A stretch of DNA of 64,000 bases from Azolla caroliniana (lineage: Eukaryota > Plantae > Polypodiophyta): NCBI GenBank assembly GCA_043228905.1, contig JBHGNT010000017.1:434001-498000 (forward strand). Reading direction: 5' to 3'. Made by a program: the position numbers and the translations under genes. How positions within the stretch are numbered: position 1 is the first letter of the stretch; every line of letters starts with the position of its first letter. Of this stretch, positions 11,805 to 23,452 are shown one piece after another. The notes beneath the pieces are model-generated. The model had not been told where the DNA came from. It was given only the letters and a program-made list of their open reading frames with translations, and made no database searches.

Positions 11805-12183
11805 TGTAAAGAATCAAGAGATGGATTCTTGTGAAGCGGAAGCGATATGAGTTATGTGTGTGTATGAGAGAGAGAGTGAGAGTGAGAGAGACAAGGAATA
11901 CGCAAGGTAAAAGTATATTGACAAAGGAGAAAGACTCAACATTATACAAGGTGGGAGGAGGGTGCTTTATGTAGTCACCCTCTCTCTTCATTAACTACAA
12001 GACTCATGGAGCATGGGGAATGTGAAAGCTCATAAGTTATCTGTCATAGAATATGATTCTATGACTCATACTAAATGCTAGAATACAAAGTGGTGACATA
12101 ATGGTGACTCTTGACCGTTAGAGTGTCTCTTCACTCTCAAGGTGAGTTCACACAATAGACCAAGTTGAGCTTGATTCTCAAAA
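11805..12183 (-). repeat. 5' LTR of the Copia element
   Basis: Matches 6712-7100 with about 6 substitutions plus a microsatellite length difference. The terminal CA is mutated to AA. Confidence 0.95.
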
Positions 12184-12229
12184 AATATTCTCTTGGGGGT
12201 GCAATATTGTGGGGTGTCCTTCATGGAGA

Positions 12230-14142
12230 GGTTAGGAGGTATGAAAGTACGCACTGATCATGCCAGTAGAAAGGATGATCACTTCATGAATGGCAGTCGA
12301 CTAGACAGACAAAATGAGCTAGGAAAATCTATTGGCCACGCGGATTCGACAACTCGAGAGGCAACTAGAGGACGTGGAGCGAGTGAGGGTGAAGGTAAAG
12401 GAGGCAGGATGAAGAACAAGGAACGGTTCATTCAAATTCACCAATTGCGACTGAGGAAGATTGAAGAAGGCGACTGGGTACTGATCTACGACAGTAGCTT
12501 CGACAACCAATGCCAGTCGATGTGGAAATTCGCAAGAAGGTGGTTCGGACCGTATACGGTAACACGCGCTAATGACAACGCCACATATCACCTATTGGAG
12601 CTTGACGGGACGAGGATGGTTGTGCCAGTTGCGGGGAAGGGGATTAAGGTCTTCAAGAAGCAACAAGAGGCGGAACCGGATCCGGATCCGGGGGTGGAGA
12701 ATGAGGACACCGACCAGTATGAGGAGCCAGATGAGGATCGGTTTGGCGACGGTTCGAAGGACGACAATTAAAGGCTTGGTCCGGAATTCTCCATTGCTTC
12801 ACTAGACTAGCACATTCTTTAGGATGTGCGGTTTGGTGGGGGGTGGATGTTGTGAAGGATTCCGGCCATGAGGAGAAAGCACGTTGAATCCATAGGAACA
12901 AGGGTGTGCAAGTATGCACATGAAATGATCTTTGTATAAACAAATGTAAATGAATAGCATATTAATAAACTGACAAGAAAGAATAGTCAATAGGTACTTA
13001 TGGGCCCACAAAAAGAGGGAGAAATTATAGGGCGTGAGGGTAGGAGAATAAGGGGAAATCTCTAACAGAAATGACTGTCATAATTGCCGATGTAATCGGC
13101 CCTCCTTCAGTTATAAGAGGGGAGGGAAATTGTTTTAGGGATCGTCGTTTTTTGGGGGGGGAAAGGGGGAAAGGTGTTGTCTGATTGTGTTGTCAAGCGC
13201 TTAGGGTTTCCTATTTTGCTCAGCCTGTTAGGTGGTGTGAGGCCTCTGCTCGCGTGGGAAGCCTGTGTGTTCCCGACCATAGGCTCATCGATATGTGTGT
13301 TTGTCGAGCTCGAAGCTTTGTTTTCCGGCCTAAGGCCATCTTTTGTAATCTTTTCTGTATAATCGATTCCCTGCTTTCTATGTCCGGAAAGGTGTCGTCT
13401 CTTCTCTCCCCTGTTCTGTGCTTACCGACTTGTATCTGCGAGCTCATTGGCTCATCTTCTGGAATCCAATGGTAGAGCCAGATCCGATATGGTTCTACGA
13501 GCTTGTGTGCTCAATAGACAAAATCCGTCGTTGCAAGCTCAGTTGTTGCTCATCTTTAAACTCCTTGGCCCGAGACCCTGGTGGTCCCGCCCAAGCCACG
13601 AACAATTTGGTCCAACTTCGTCCACTCATTCGGTTTATATCCTTCTAGAGCATTTTCTATTTCAATTGGATCGATCTGACCCTTCACGATCAAGTAGTCC
13701 TACATCTGGCTCACCCGAATTCGTTCTAGCCGGATTTGGACATGAGTCGATCAACTTCGACTATCGACATGTTCAGTTCGGAGTGACTACAACTGATAAG
13801 CTTAGCCGAATTGGACCCGAATTTGCCGATTAGGTTCGGATGATAATTGGGTGCTAAACTTGCTTGAAGGGGCTACAACAAGGGGAGGGACAAAGCCGAC
13901 TGGTCTTCCCAAATATCACCTAGCTAAATTGAGCACATTTATCTGTCAATCCGATTTTAGGGGGTTGATCATAGATTATGTGTTGTTTGTGTTGTTTTGT
14001 TGTTTTTCTAGGTTGATCCTACTTCGGGTGATGACAACGATGTGAGGGACGGATCTGACTGGTCTTCCTGGATTTCATCTAGCCGAATGAAGCACAGATA
14101 GGCTTGTTCTTGGGGTCAGATATGCTCCGACTGGTTACAACA
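12230..14142 (+). mobile_element. 3' end of a Ty3/Gypsy LTR retrotransposon (integrase C-terminus, PPT, ~1.3-kb LTR)
   Basis: ORF 12193-12771 contains the GPY/F-type motif WFGPYTV...YHLLELDG. A G-rich PPT at ~12836-12847 precedes an LTR at 12848-14142 with TGTTGT...ACAACA ends. Confidence 0.8.
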
Positions 14143-14149
14143 AACGAGT

Positions 14150-14598
14150 TGTTGGGAAATAGGTCCCTCCGCATGGGATCCGGATGAACCGAACCGGATC
14201 AGGTATGAACCAGCAAATAGGAACATATTAGTAAATATGTTCAGGCGTGACCATTGAGGTCATATTTGTAAATAACCCCTAAAGTTATATAAGTATAAAT
14301 ATAACTAGGGCAATACTGTTTATAGAATGTTATCATTATTGTTGTACATATTGAGAGAGAGAGAGAGAAAGTTGTTCTGTTGTAACCGCTGGTAGGTGAA
14401 GATAGAGCTCGAGGTCATTGCCTCTTATTCTTTCATTGTACCATTCCTCTCATAGTGATAGTTGGAGTCTGTGGGCTCCCGTGGTTTTTCCCGATTAGGG
14501 TTTTCCACATTAACATATTGTGTCTGTCTTATTTCTATTTTTTGTTTTCTTCCATTGAGTGATTAAGACTCGGTTGTGGCCGAGCACTATTCCGCACA
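14150..14598. mobile_element. Solo LTR related to 10704-11546 but lacking the 60-bp array
   Basis: TGTTGGG start, shared blocks (AGGTCCCTCCG, GTAAATATGTT, CCGTGGTTTTT, CTCGGTTGTGGCCGAGC), CA end and TSD CGAGT/TGAGT. Confidence 0.8.
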
Positions 14599-14603
14599 TG
14601 AGT

Positions 14604-15800
14604 GGACCACGTCGGATGACCTGTTTGATTGATGTCTAACCTGATGAAGCATGATTAAGGCCAATTCGATGAAAAAACCTCACTCAAAGTGGATACAATC
14701 ATGAAAACAAAGTATAGCCCGTTGGCCTACTTCAAGAGTGATTTAGCTCAATGACAAGAGATTTTCTGGTGTTTTTTCTCTTCTTAGAATGAAACCTTAG
14801 TGGTAACAATCGGCAACGGTTCTGTTCGGTTTGAGATGGCCCAAACCGAACCGTTAAATTTTTTTGAAACCTAAACCGAATCGAACCGAACCGTTAAACC
14901 GTTAAACCATTAAACCGTAAAAACCGTGGTTTCGTGGTTCAGTTTCGGTTTTCAACATAGGTCTATTTTTTATTTTTTATTTTTTAATTGTTTAAAAGTT
15001 ATAATATTTCATTTTTTAGAATTTTTAGAATTTTTAAGATGTTCCTAAAATGTGAGAATAAGGTGTAAAAATGAAAAGATTGTTTAAAAACAAATTTTAA
15101 ACTTTTTAGAATTTGTTAAAAAAAATTTAATTCTTTTTTAAAAAATTAAAAAAATTAAAAATTAAAAACCGTTTAACCGTTTAAACCGTGGTTTTTTACT
15201 GTTGAAACCAAACCGAAACCGAATCGAACTGTTTAAAAAAACTTAAACTTGAACCGAACCATTGAAACCGTTAAGCCGTAAAACTGCGGTTTCACGGTTC
15301 GGTTCGGTTCAAACCGAACCGTTGCCGATTGTTACTTGGTGGTTGCTTAACCTGAGATTTCAATTCGACTGAAATCTCAAAGCCTGTTCTAGCGAGTCTT
15401 ACCAGCTTGAAATCTTCAAGAGGGTGAAGGCAAGAATGTTGTGGAAGACAAATGACGGCATGCAACAGATTAACAACCTCTGTTATGATACCAAATGTTG
15501 GAGATTAGGCTATCAAAGCAGAACCATAAACAACATCTCTGTATGAAGAACAACAAGTTTGATGATAGAGGTAAACAAAGACAACTTGAATAGAGATCAT
15601 GATCTAAGAAACAAATTAAGAGAGAGACAAGGGAGGCATACAATGTAACAATCTTATTTCAAAAACGTTACAATACAAGAATAACATTGTCAACCACCAC
15701 ATGAACTAGGTTGCAAAGCCAGTTATATACAAACTGGCTAGGGCAACTGCCCTTTGACATAATTTACATAGTCTGTCCAAGTGGGAGGGTGTGAATACAA
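14604..15800 (-). mobile_element. Decayed Copia-like 5' remnant (PBS and LTR-like region) interrupted by a hAT MITE
   Basis: Partial PBS (TGGTATCA on minus) at ~15486-15493 adjoins TGTTGG-starting LTR-like sequence. No intact ORF. Confidence 0.35.
14804..15334. mobile_element. hAT-type non-autonomous DNA transposon (MITE)
   Basis: TIRs TAACAATCGGCAACGGTTC / GAACCGTTGCCGATTGTTA, 8-bp TSD CTTAGTGG/CTTGGTGG, many subterminal AAACCG/CGGTT motifs and an AT-rich core. Confidence 0.9.
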
Positions 15801-15849
15801 CCATTATATACCCGTATTCGATTAGAAGCAAAGTCATCCCTTTTCTTCC

Positions 15850-16715
15850 AATTCACGATTAGATTGAGACGTCACATTCTAACCGCTGAAACTTCCCGAG
15901 AGCCAGCTGCTACAAAGATTTGGCAAACATATCATGTTCCCCATGCAATCATTACCAAGTTTTGGCAGAAAATATGGAAACAACACCACGCTAGGTGAAT
16001 TCCCATGTTCCAATGGCTATTAATACATAGGTCACTACCTGTTGGAGCGTGGTAGCTTGGGATCCTTGGTTGGGCCTTAGCTCTCCTAATTGTGTAGCGT
16101 GCCCAAATGTAACAAAGTCAATACGACATGGTCTGTGGAACGGTCCAGAGACCCATTGATATATGGCCGGGGGTTGGCTGCCTATTGCAATTATGCAAGG
16201 TGCAAGGCACAATCAAGTGGGGAAATGTATGTTGGTTTCATGGCAGGCCATAGTTGACAAGTATGAACATTGAGATGAGGGGATGACGTTGGTTATAGAG
16301 GCACAAGGGATTTTGTTTTCCACCATTGACAATATCCACTCAACTCCTATTAATGTCAAAGCTCAAGTTGTGCTAGAATTGGTCAACTCAATAACTCTTT
16401 AGATTATCTGGAAACAACGGTGCAGACGAGTCTTTTCCAATCAAACTGTGCATTAAACAATGTTATTGCAAGAGATATGGAGTGAAGTTGTCGCCACTCT
16501 AAAGAGCCAATATGATGGCCTCACAAGCCAATCCGATGGAGTCGAAAGACAACGATTAGCCTTTGTCCAATAGTAGTCGTCCTCTCCCTTTCTTGAGTTA
16601 GTGGGCCTCCATATAAGATGAAATTATCGCGCCCCTATTGGGATTTGTATATAACATTCTCATATGTAAAATTTTGTAACTAATGGAATGAGTTTTTTGG
16701 GGGGAAAAAAATAAA
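15850..16715 (+). mobile_element. 5'-truncated decayed L1 LINE 3' end
   Basis: Degenerate zf-RVT-like CVACPNVTKSIRHGLW (~16090-16140), IIWKQRCRRVF (~16400-16440) and an A-rich tail at ~16705. Confidence 0.6.
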
Positions 16716-17284
16716 GTATGTTTGGCTTTATGCCTCGACCTCTATCTTTGTTTTTATTTAAACTTCGGTTTGCATTTCCATTCAAGTTTTAATACACTTG
16801 AGGGGCCCTTTTGCATTGGAATTAAGCTCACATCAATCTATTTTCTCTTGTTTCTTTGTTCTTGTCTTATTTATCCTTTCTTTTGTTCCTATTTACTCTT
16901 CTTTGATTATTGGACTTAATCTAAACTCAAGCTTTATGTAAGATTCCTATCTACTTCATTCTTTTTCCCAAAATATGTTATTTTATGATTGTAATTATGG
17001 AGCATGTTCCTATCTTACTCCAAAAGAAACTTATCTTTTATGCCACCCTTTGTTTTTGTTTCACTTTAACATGCTTTGTTGGCTAGTAAGAGTCTTACAA
17101 ATGGATTCTTCTTAACAGAACCACACACACACATGCATTTGTAGCATATTTTCCAAGAAGTAATAACTTGCGCATATTTCAAATAATGATCATAGATTAA
17201 GTGTTACTCAAGTTGTATAACCTTGAGGTCCCTAACAAGCACCTTGTTGGTTAGGAATCGAGATGTTTGTTACCTGTGTGTGTA

Positions 17285-17287
<3 letters not shown>

Positions 17288-17329
<42 letters not shown>
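17288..17329. repeat. (AG)n microsatellite
   Basis: About 21 AG units. Confidence 0.95.
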
Positions 17330-17333
<4 letters not shown>

Positions 17334-17900
17334 TTACTTAAAAAATATACATTTATTTGAGATAATAAAGACTCCCAAAAACATAAATGTCTTCTTATTG
17401 TACTTAATGTTACCTACCGTGCATTGTGAAGACATATACATCACATGATTTTTTGGAGGTAAAGACCCCTATCAAATGCAAGTCTTGTTTCTTGTTAATA
17501 GTCAACATACTAGCAACCATTGCATGCATCCAGCGACCAAATTTCACAAGAGAAAACCTCAATTTTACAATTTCATGCATATGGTCTCATAGTATGAATA
17601 TTTGCCTTATGATAAGTTACAACATAGGGATAGAGAAGTTAAAAAGGTTTACCAAATAAATAATGTCTCGATATTAGTAGTCAAACGTGATTCAACGTGG
17701 GAAGCCTACTACATTTTTTTGTGGTTTGGTGGTACCATCATTACTCAACTTACATAGCTAAGATCCATCTCTTTATGCCATAGTTGTTAGATCTTACCTT
17801 GGATCTCTCTTCTTGTTATAAATATCTAAACCTTCTCGCATCATGTTTACATTTATGCAACAAGCATTTTTTGTCTTAAATGATATGCAAAGCATAATAA

Positions 17901-18455
17901 ATGGCAACAACAATGTGGGTGTGCGATTCAGTTTTGAGTAAAGGCCAGGAACTATATATTCAGATTACCAAAGAGGGGATTCCATATGACATAAATGGCT
18001 CTCCAACATGCATAGATGAAGATGTGAGAGTACTTACAAATACAATCATTGACATGTATGGAAAATATGGGATCATGGCAGATGCTCATAAGGTGTTTGA
18101 TGAAATGTTGTGCTCAACTGCAATGTCATGGAATGCATTAATGACAGGTCATGCACGATGTGGAGCGTGTAAGGAAGTGTTTCATCTCTTTCATGAGGTC
18201 ACAAATCAAAGCATAGGTCCAGATTATGTGATGTTTCTTAAGGTTATTTCTGTCTGCAGTCATGGAGGTCTTGTCAGCATCGGAGAGAGGTGCTTTAAAG
18301 CTATGAAAAAATATGGTCTCTCTCCAACACTAGAGCATTACAACTGTGTGATCGACCTATTCGCTCGTTCTGGGCAACTTGATGAAACCATTGTAATGTT
18401 AGAGACGATGCCATTTCAACCAAAAGAAAAAAAAAGGAGGGGACACTTTATATAG
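17901..18455 (+). pseudogene. Fragment of a PLS-class pentatricopeptide repeat gene
   Basis: NTIIDMYGKYG..DAHKVFDEM..SWNALMTG, FLKVISVCSHGGLV and HYNCVIDLFARSGQL..MPFQP. Homology ends abruptly in an A-run before any E domain. Confidence 0.8.
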
Positions 18456-20149
18456 ATATGTTGTGCAATGTTATATGCAAGCAATGGGTATATACGTTGG
18501 AATAGCATATGTACTAGCTATGCTCATACTTAACATCTTGCCATCCAACAAGGGCATTTGATGATTACTTGAAATTCAACCTATTTGGTAGGTTGTAGCT
18601 GATATGCCTTTTTTTTAAACTAATGGAAGGATATTTTGTTTAAAAGAAAGAAAGAAAGAAAGAAAGTTGTTTGTGCATGCTTGAGCTAAATAAAGAAAAT
18701 TTGATATCCGTGACCTTAAAGTATATTAAGGTATCCTTGTTTCGCACACATATATGACCCAAAGACATGAAGTGTCTTGAAATGGCAACAATGCCATTAA
18801 CAACCAAAAAATGAAAAGCAATATTGAAAATGTGATTAAACTTAAAGTAAGTGAGTTGTTTGATATTGAATGAGTAAAACGATGATGATTTAGGCCAAAA
18901 TCAAACAATGACATAACTTGATGGGTAACAACCAATATACGGGGCTAACAACCTTACCTTTAAAATTTGTGATTTTAGGTTCCCTCTTGATTGACTGGGC
19001 TCAAATCTCACCTTAGCTACACATTGTGTGTTCTAATTTGTCTAGTGTATGAATGTGACATGATCGCCTTGAGAGAACCATGTATTTCATTCTCATTGGG
19101 CCATTCAAGGAGCGAGAAGATGTTGTATATGTGTTATGTGGAAGGTATATGCACATGGTGGTTCAATTTATGCATGAAGTAGGAAATATCAAATAGTGTA
19201 ATCATTTTAGTGCTTAGATTTGGGGATATGTTGTTGGTAGACATATCTATTATTATATTGACAATCAGAATATGGAGGTTATTCTTGGAGATACAATATA
19301 TTCTACTATTTGAGATCGTTTTATCTGATATGCACGCTATTTGTGTGAAGCTATAAGATGTTATCATTGTACATGAGAGTTCACTCCAACATTCCGTTGT
19401 TTTTGGAATTACAACTTACTAGTTTTATGGCAGTAGAATGAATGTGTGCAATTTTCATGATGGCGAGGATTCGGATATTCTTCTTGGTGATGTAACCTAC
19501 TTTGCAAGCACAATAAGTGGGCACACTATGTGCGTGAAACTATATGATGATAAGGACATTCATGTTTCTACTTCATAATTACAAATTGGAGTAACTTGGC
19601 CTCAAACTACATCCAACTCACTCTAAAATCTTAATAACAGCTCCCGGTCACTAAATTCCATGTCTTGATGAATGAGCAATGACCATTACAAGCATTCGGT
19701 TCAATGCTCAAAATTTAAAGATTTTCTTTAAAAAGCGTAGAGGCCCAAGTTTGCTAAAGAGAATCATGGCGACACTCTCTTTGATACCCAAGGTATAGAT
19801 ATAATTTTCCTTTCAATTTGAAAAGGTGTTCCATAGCACGATAGATTTGACTTCAGTAGTTGTTGTGCTTCCCTACTTTTTCCTCTTTATTAACATTCTT
19901 CATAGCGTGCGACTGTAGATTGATCTTTTACCACAATTGTATGTGCTCAATGTTCATGATATTGTCTATATATTATAATATGAACTCAACCACGAAGCAC
20001 ATAAAGATGTGATTTGCATGCTTTTTGTTTTCACTTAAACATACATGTAAGGATCATAAATCAAACACACATGCCATAATGAAAACTCTTTTATGTCAGT
20101 AGTCTACAAACAATTTGATCTTTGTATTGCTAAGAGCTTGTAAACATAT

Positions 20150-20460
20150 TCATTAACTGTCTATTACTATATGCATAGAGAACACATGTTCATTGGATCT
20201 ATATACACATATTGCATAAGAGTTCACATACATCATCATCCCCAATGTGATTGATCCCCTACCCCCTGCCAAAATAAATAATAAATAAAAAAATCAATCA
20301 ATCAAAGTGGAATACTAGACATGTTACAATGTATATGCATAGAGAGCACATGCTCATTGGATCCATATACACATATTGCATAAGCGTTCACATACAACAT
20401 CCTTAATGTGATCATGCCCCCTCACCCCAAAATGAAAGTTGAATTCTAACTTGTTACACC
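20150..20460. repeat. Imperfect direct duplication (~130-170 bp)
   Basis: TATGCATAGAGA.CACATG.TCATTGGATC.ATATACACATATTGCATAAG occurs at ~20169 and ~20333. Confidence 0.75.
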
Positions 20461-20689
20461 ACAAATGGCTTTTCTTAAATCATAAGATGGAGCAGGGACC
20501 AAGGAACTTAACATAATTTGTAATATTTTAAGCCACAAGACAATGGCATTGATGTTTGCAATCTTAAGGCAATGGGGGCAATGTCCCAACATCTCATATC
20601 AAATTGCAACTTTGCAAATCATTAATTTCAAATGATAATTAATGCATGAGACAAAATATATTCCAGCAAAGCAGGTGGTATATTGAACT

Positions 20690-21700
20690 TTTATGCTTAA
20701 TATTTGAATATGAATGCCACGATACATTACAAGGTTAGATTACCAGCCATGCATTAGGTTATTGTGGAGGATAATGGTCTCCAATAAGGAGTTGATCATG
20801 AACCGCGATCACAAGTATCTGTCAATTCAAGAAGTCTGTATCCAATGACCACTTTAGTAGAGAATATAAAGTTAATTTGTGCCACCACCTCCTTTATACA
20901 ACCAACGTGCCCTTATAATTACATCGGTATTTGAACTTACCTAGTGTGAATAATGAACACCTTATATGTCCTCAAAATGTACATTTGATGCTTGCATTAA
21001 CTTTCATGGTGTTAACTCCCTAGGTGGTAAAGTGGAGTTCAAAACTATGAAACATAAAGGATGTGGGTTTAGGGAAATTGTCATGATTGCGTAAAGTAAA
21101 TGAATTAAAAGGCTCAATGCATCGGTAAAGTAGGTTTTTGTGGATCAGGAACCAATATAGGTTTTTAAATATTCGCAACTTGATAAAGTGGTGTAGAGAT
21201 GAGATGATCAATATAAACATCAAATTCGATAACAAAGTATTCTCACTTGGTTCATTTGTCTTCATCTGGGCACACTATCACCCTACCGCCAATGCTTTTT
21301 GTGAGAGGATGAGATTCATCGATAACCAACAATCTGATAAAAAAGTGCAACCAACTTGATGACAAAGATTGCCATATTCAACACTATGGATAAAATGTTG
21401 AAAACATACAAGCAATTCCTCGACAAAAAGGTGTAATGGCAATAAGACCACATTAAAAACTACCCAATAATTTGACAAGAGAGTGGGAGCAAACGAACAA
21501 TGTAGAGGCGGGTGAATATGAGCTTATGTACCCAAAGAGCATGAGCAGGGGGAAATAGAAGGAAACCTAGTTAGGGTGATGCTACGGTGCCACATTGCTT
21601 GGACACATACCCTAGCATGAATACACAATCACGTGATACCTTTGGGTGGGGGGGTGTGAATAGTGAACAATGCAAATGGTTATTTCATATGCTGGACGGA
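20690..21700 (+). mobile_element. Highly decayed Gypsy integrase remnant with PPT
   Basis: ECHDT-like zinc-finger piece (~20712), HYHPTANAFCERM resembling the integrase YHPQTNGQxER motif, and a G-run followed by TG at ~21645-21657. Confidence 0.5.
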
Positions 21701-22002
21701 CATCCCGTAATTTGATGATGCATTTCCTATGCCGGACATCCGCAATACGATGGCCAAAGGTTTAATTAAGACTCAAGAGTACATATGTAATAGACAAAGG
21801 GTAGGGTAGATCTAGGACCCCCAATGGAGGAGGAGGAGGATGCTTTTCAGACGGTTTTATGATGAAAGCTATGGAATGGCAGGGAGGAACAGAAAGAGAG
21901 AGAAAGAGACCCACACACCCACATACATATGTATGTATGTATGTACACTATATGTACATACATACTCTGTTCTGAAATGTAGTAGATTTTTGTGAGGGGA
22001 CC

Positions 22003-22036
<34 letters not shown>

Positions 22037-22436
22037 ATGGAGGACATAATGTGTTTCCCACATAATGTTGACACGATGATGAAAAGGGAGCCTTGCATTT
22101 TCTTTCTCACACACGCACACCCATACCCACACACAGAGACAGAGACAGAGAGATGGAATATGTCATAAGCTTGCTTTACATCGCAAAAGCTGGCATATAC
22201 ATACTTAGAGAGAGAGAGAGAGAGAGGAGGGTTTTTGGTCTTTGCCTCTTCTATGTCCATACGGGGCCATATCGTCAATTTGGACAATTGCCCATTTCCT
22301 TTCTGCCATTGTTGAACACAATTCATCTCTGGTTCAATCCCATCATCGATACTTCATCATCTCCACCACCACCACACTCCTCTTCTTCTTCTTCTTCACC
22401 ATCACCATCACCATCACCATCATTATCATCACCATC

Positions 22437-22517
22437 TGCTTCAAGTGAGTACTCTATTCCTTTTGTATTCATCTAACATGCTTCAAATGAATACTCTATT
22501 CCTTTTGTATTCATCTA
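22437..22517 (+). repeat. 42-bp tandem duplication spanning the putative villin 5'-UTR splice donor
   Basis: TGCTTCAAGTGAGTACTCTATTCCTTTTGTATTCATCTA followed by TGCTTCAAATGAATACTCTATTCCTTTTGTATTCATCTA. Confidence 0.85.
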
Positions 22518-23452
22518 GCGTGTAATATACCAACATATTGTCTCTTATTTCAATTCCATGCTTTTTTCAATCACGATGACCCATTTGATAATAGAAGATA
22601 TGGATGAATAAGAGTTTGCGTGCCTCAGGAACGGGTAGTGATAAAGAAGGAATTGGGTGCTAAAATTGTGGAAAATTTTATGTGTTGCCCACATATCTTT
22701 ATATTTTCGTTGATTTCAAACAATCAACCTTATTGATAGATATTGATGAACAAGGATTTGGGTACTGAAGAATTGATGTATTAGCCCATCTTTCCCAATC
22801 CTTTTGAAATAACAACAATTAGTCCTTTCTAATCACGCACTCCTCAAGTCACCTAAATCCATGTGTAGAATACCATACTGCATATATTCTTTTGATTCCA
22901 TAATTCCAATAAACAACGCCTCATTAATAGACATTACCCAATAAAGATTTGCAAGCATTTATTGCCCAAATTTGCCAATCCACAGACTTTTAATCCCATA
23001 ATTCCAACGTGAACAACCCATGGATAGGCATTGTAATTAGACTTCTAAACCTAATCATAATAATCCATTGGTAGTCATTGAAGAATAAGGTTTTGGTGAT
23101 TCAAGAACTGATTGCCCATCTTTGTCAATCCACAATTTCTTAATCCCACAATTCCAGCCACAAGGATCCAATAATTAGGGAGTACTGAATAAGGATTTGT
23201 GTGGTTAAGAATTCGCTAATCTTTGACAATCCTTACTCCTTTCACATCACACCCTCCACAAGTCATTGAAATTCATAGATGTAAATCTCCTATCACAAAG
23301 ACCATAGCTATCTGCGACTCAATAAGATTTCAGCGCCCAAAGAAGTTGCTTGAGGTTACTGTTTTAACTTTTTCTTTTGTATATTTCTGAGTGTAAATAT
23401 TTACATACATTGCATAGTTTTTCTTTCTTCCAGGATACAGGGGAGTTGAATA

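Larger units (their letters stand above)
6712..12183 (-). mobile_element. Ty1/Copia LTR retrotransposon, non-autonomous deletion derivative with two nested solo LTRs
   Basis: LTRs at 6712-7100 and 11805-12183. 5-bp TSD AATAT at 6707-6711 and 12184-12188. PBS at 11793-11804 and PPT at 7101-7110. Gag (CCHC), protease, GAG-pre-integrase, partial integrase and RT/RNase H motifs on the minus strand. Confidence 0.95.

Noticed and set aside
21847-22476. ORFs upstream of villin
   Set aside because: Composed of (AG)n, (CA)n and (CAT/CAC)n tracts typical of promoter and 5' UTR sequence.
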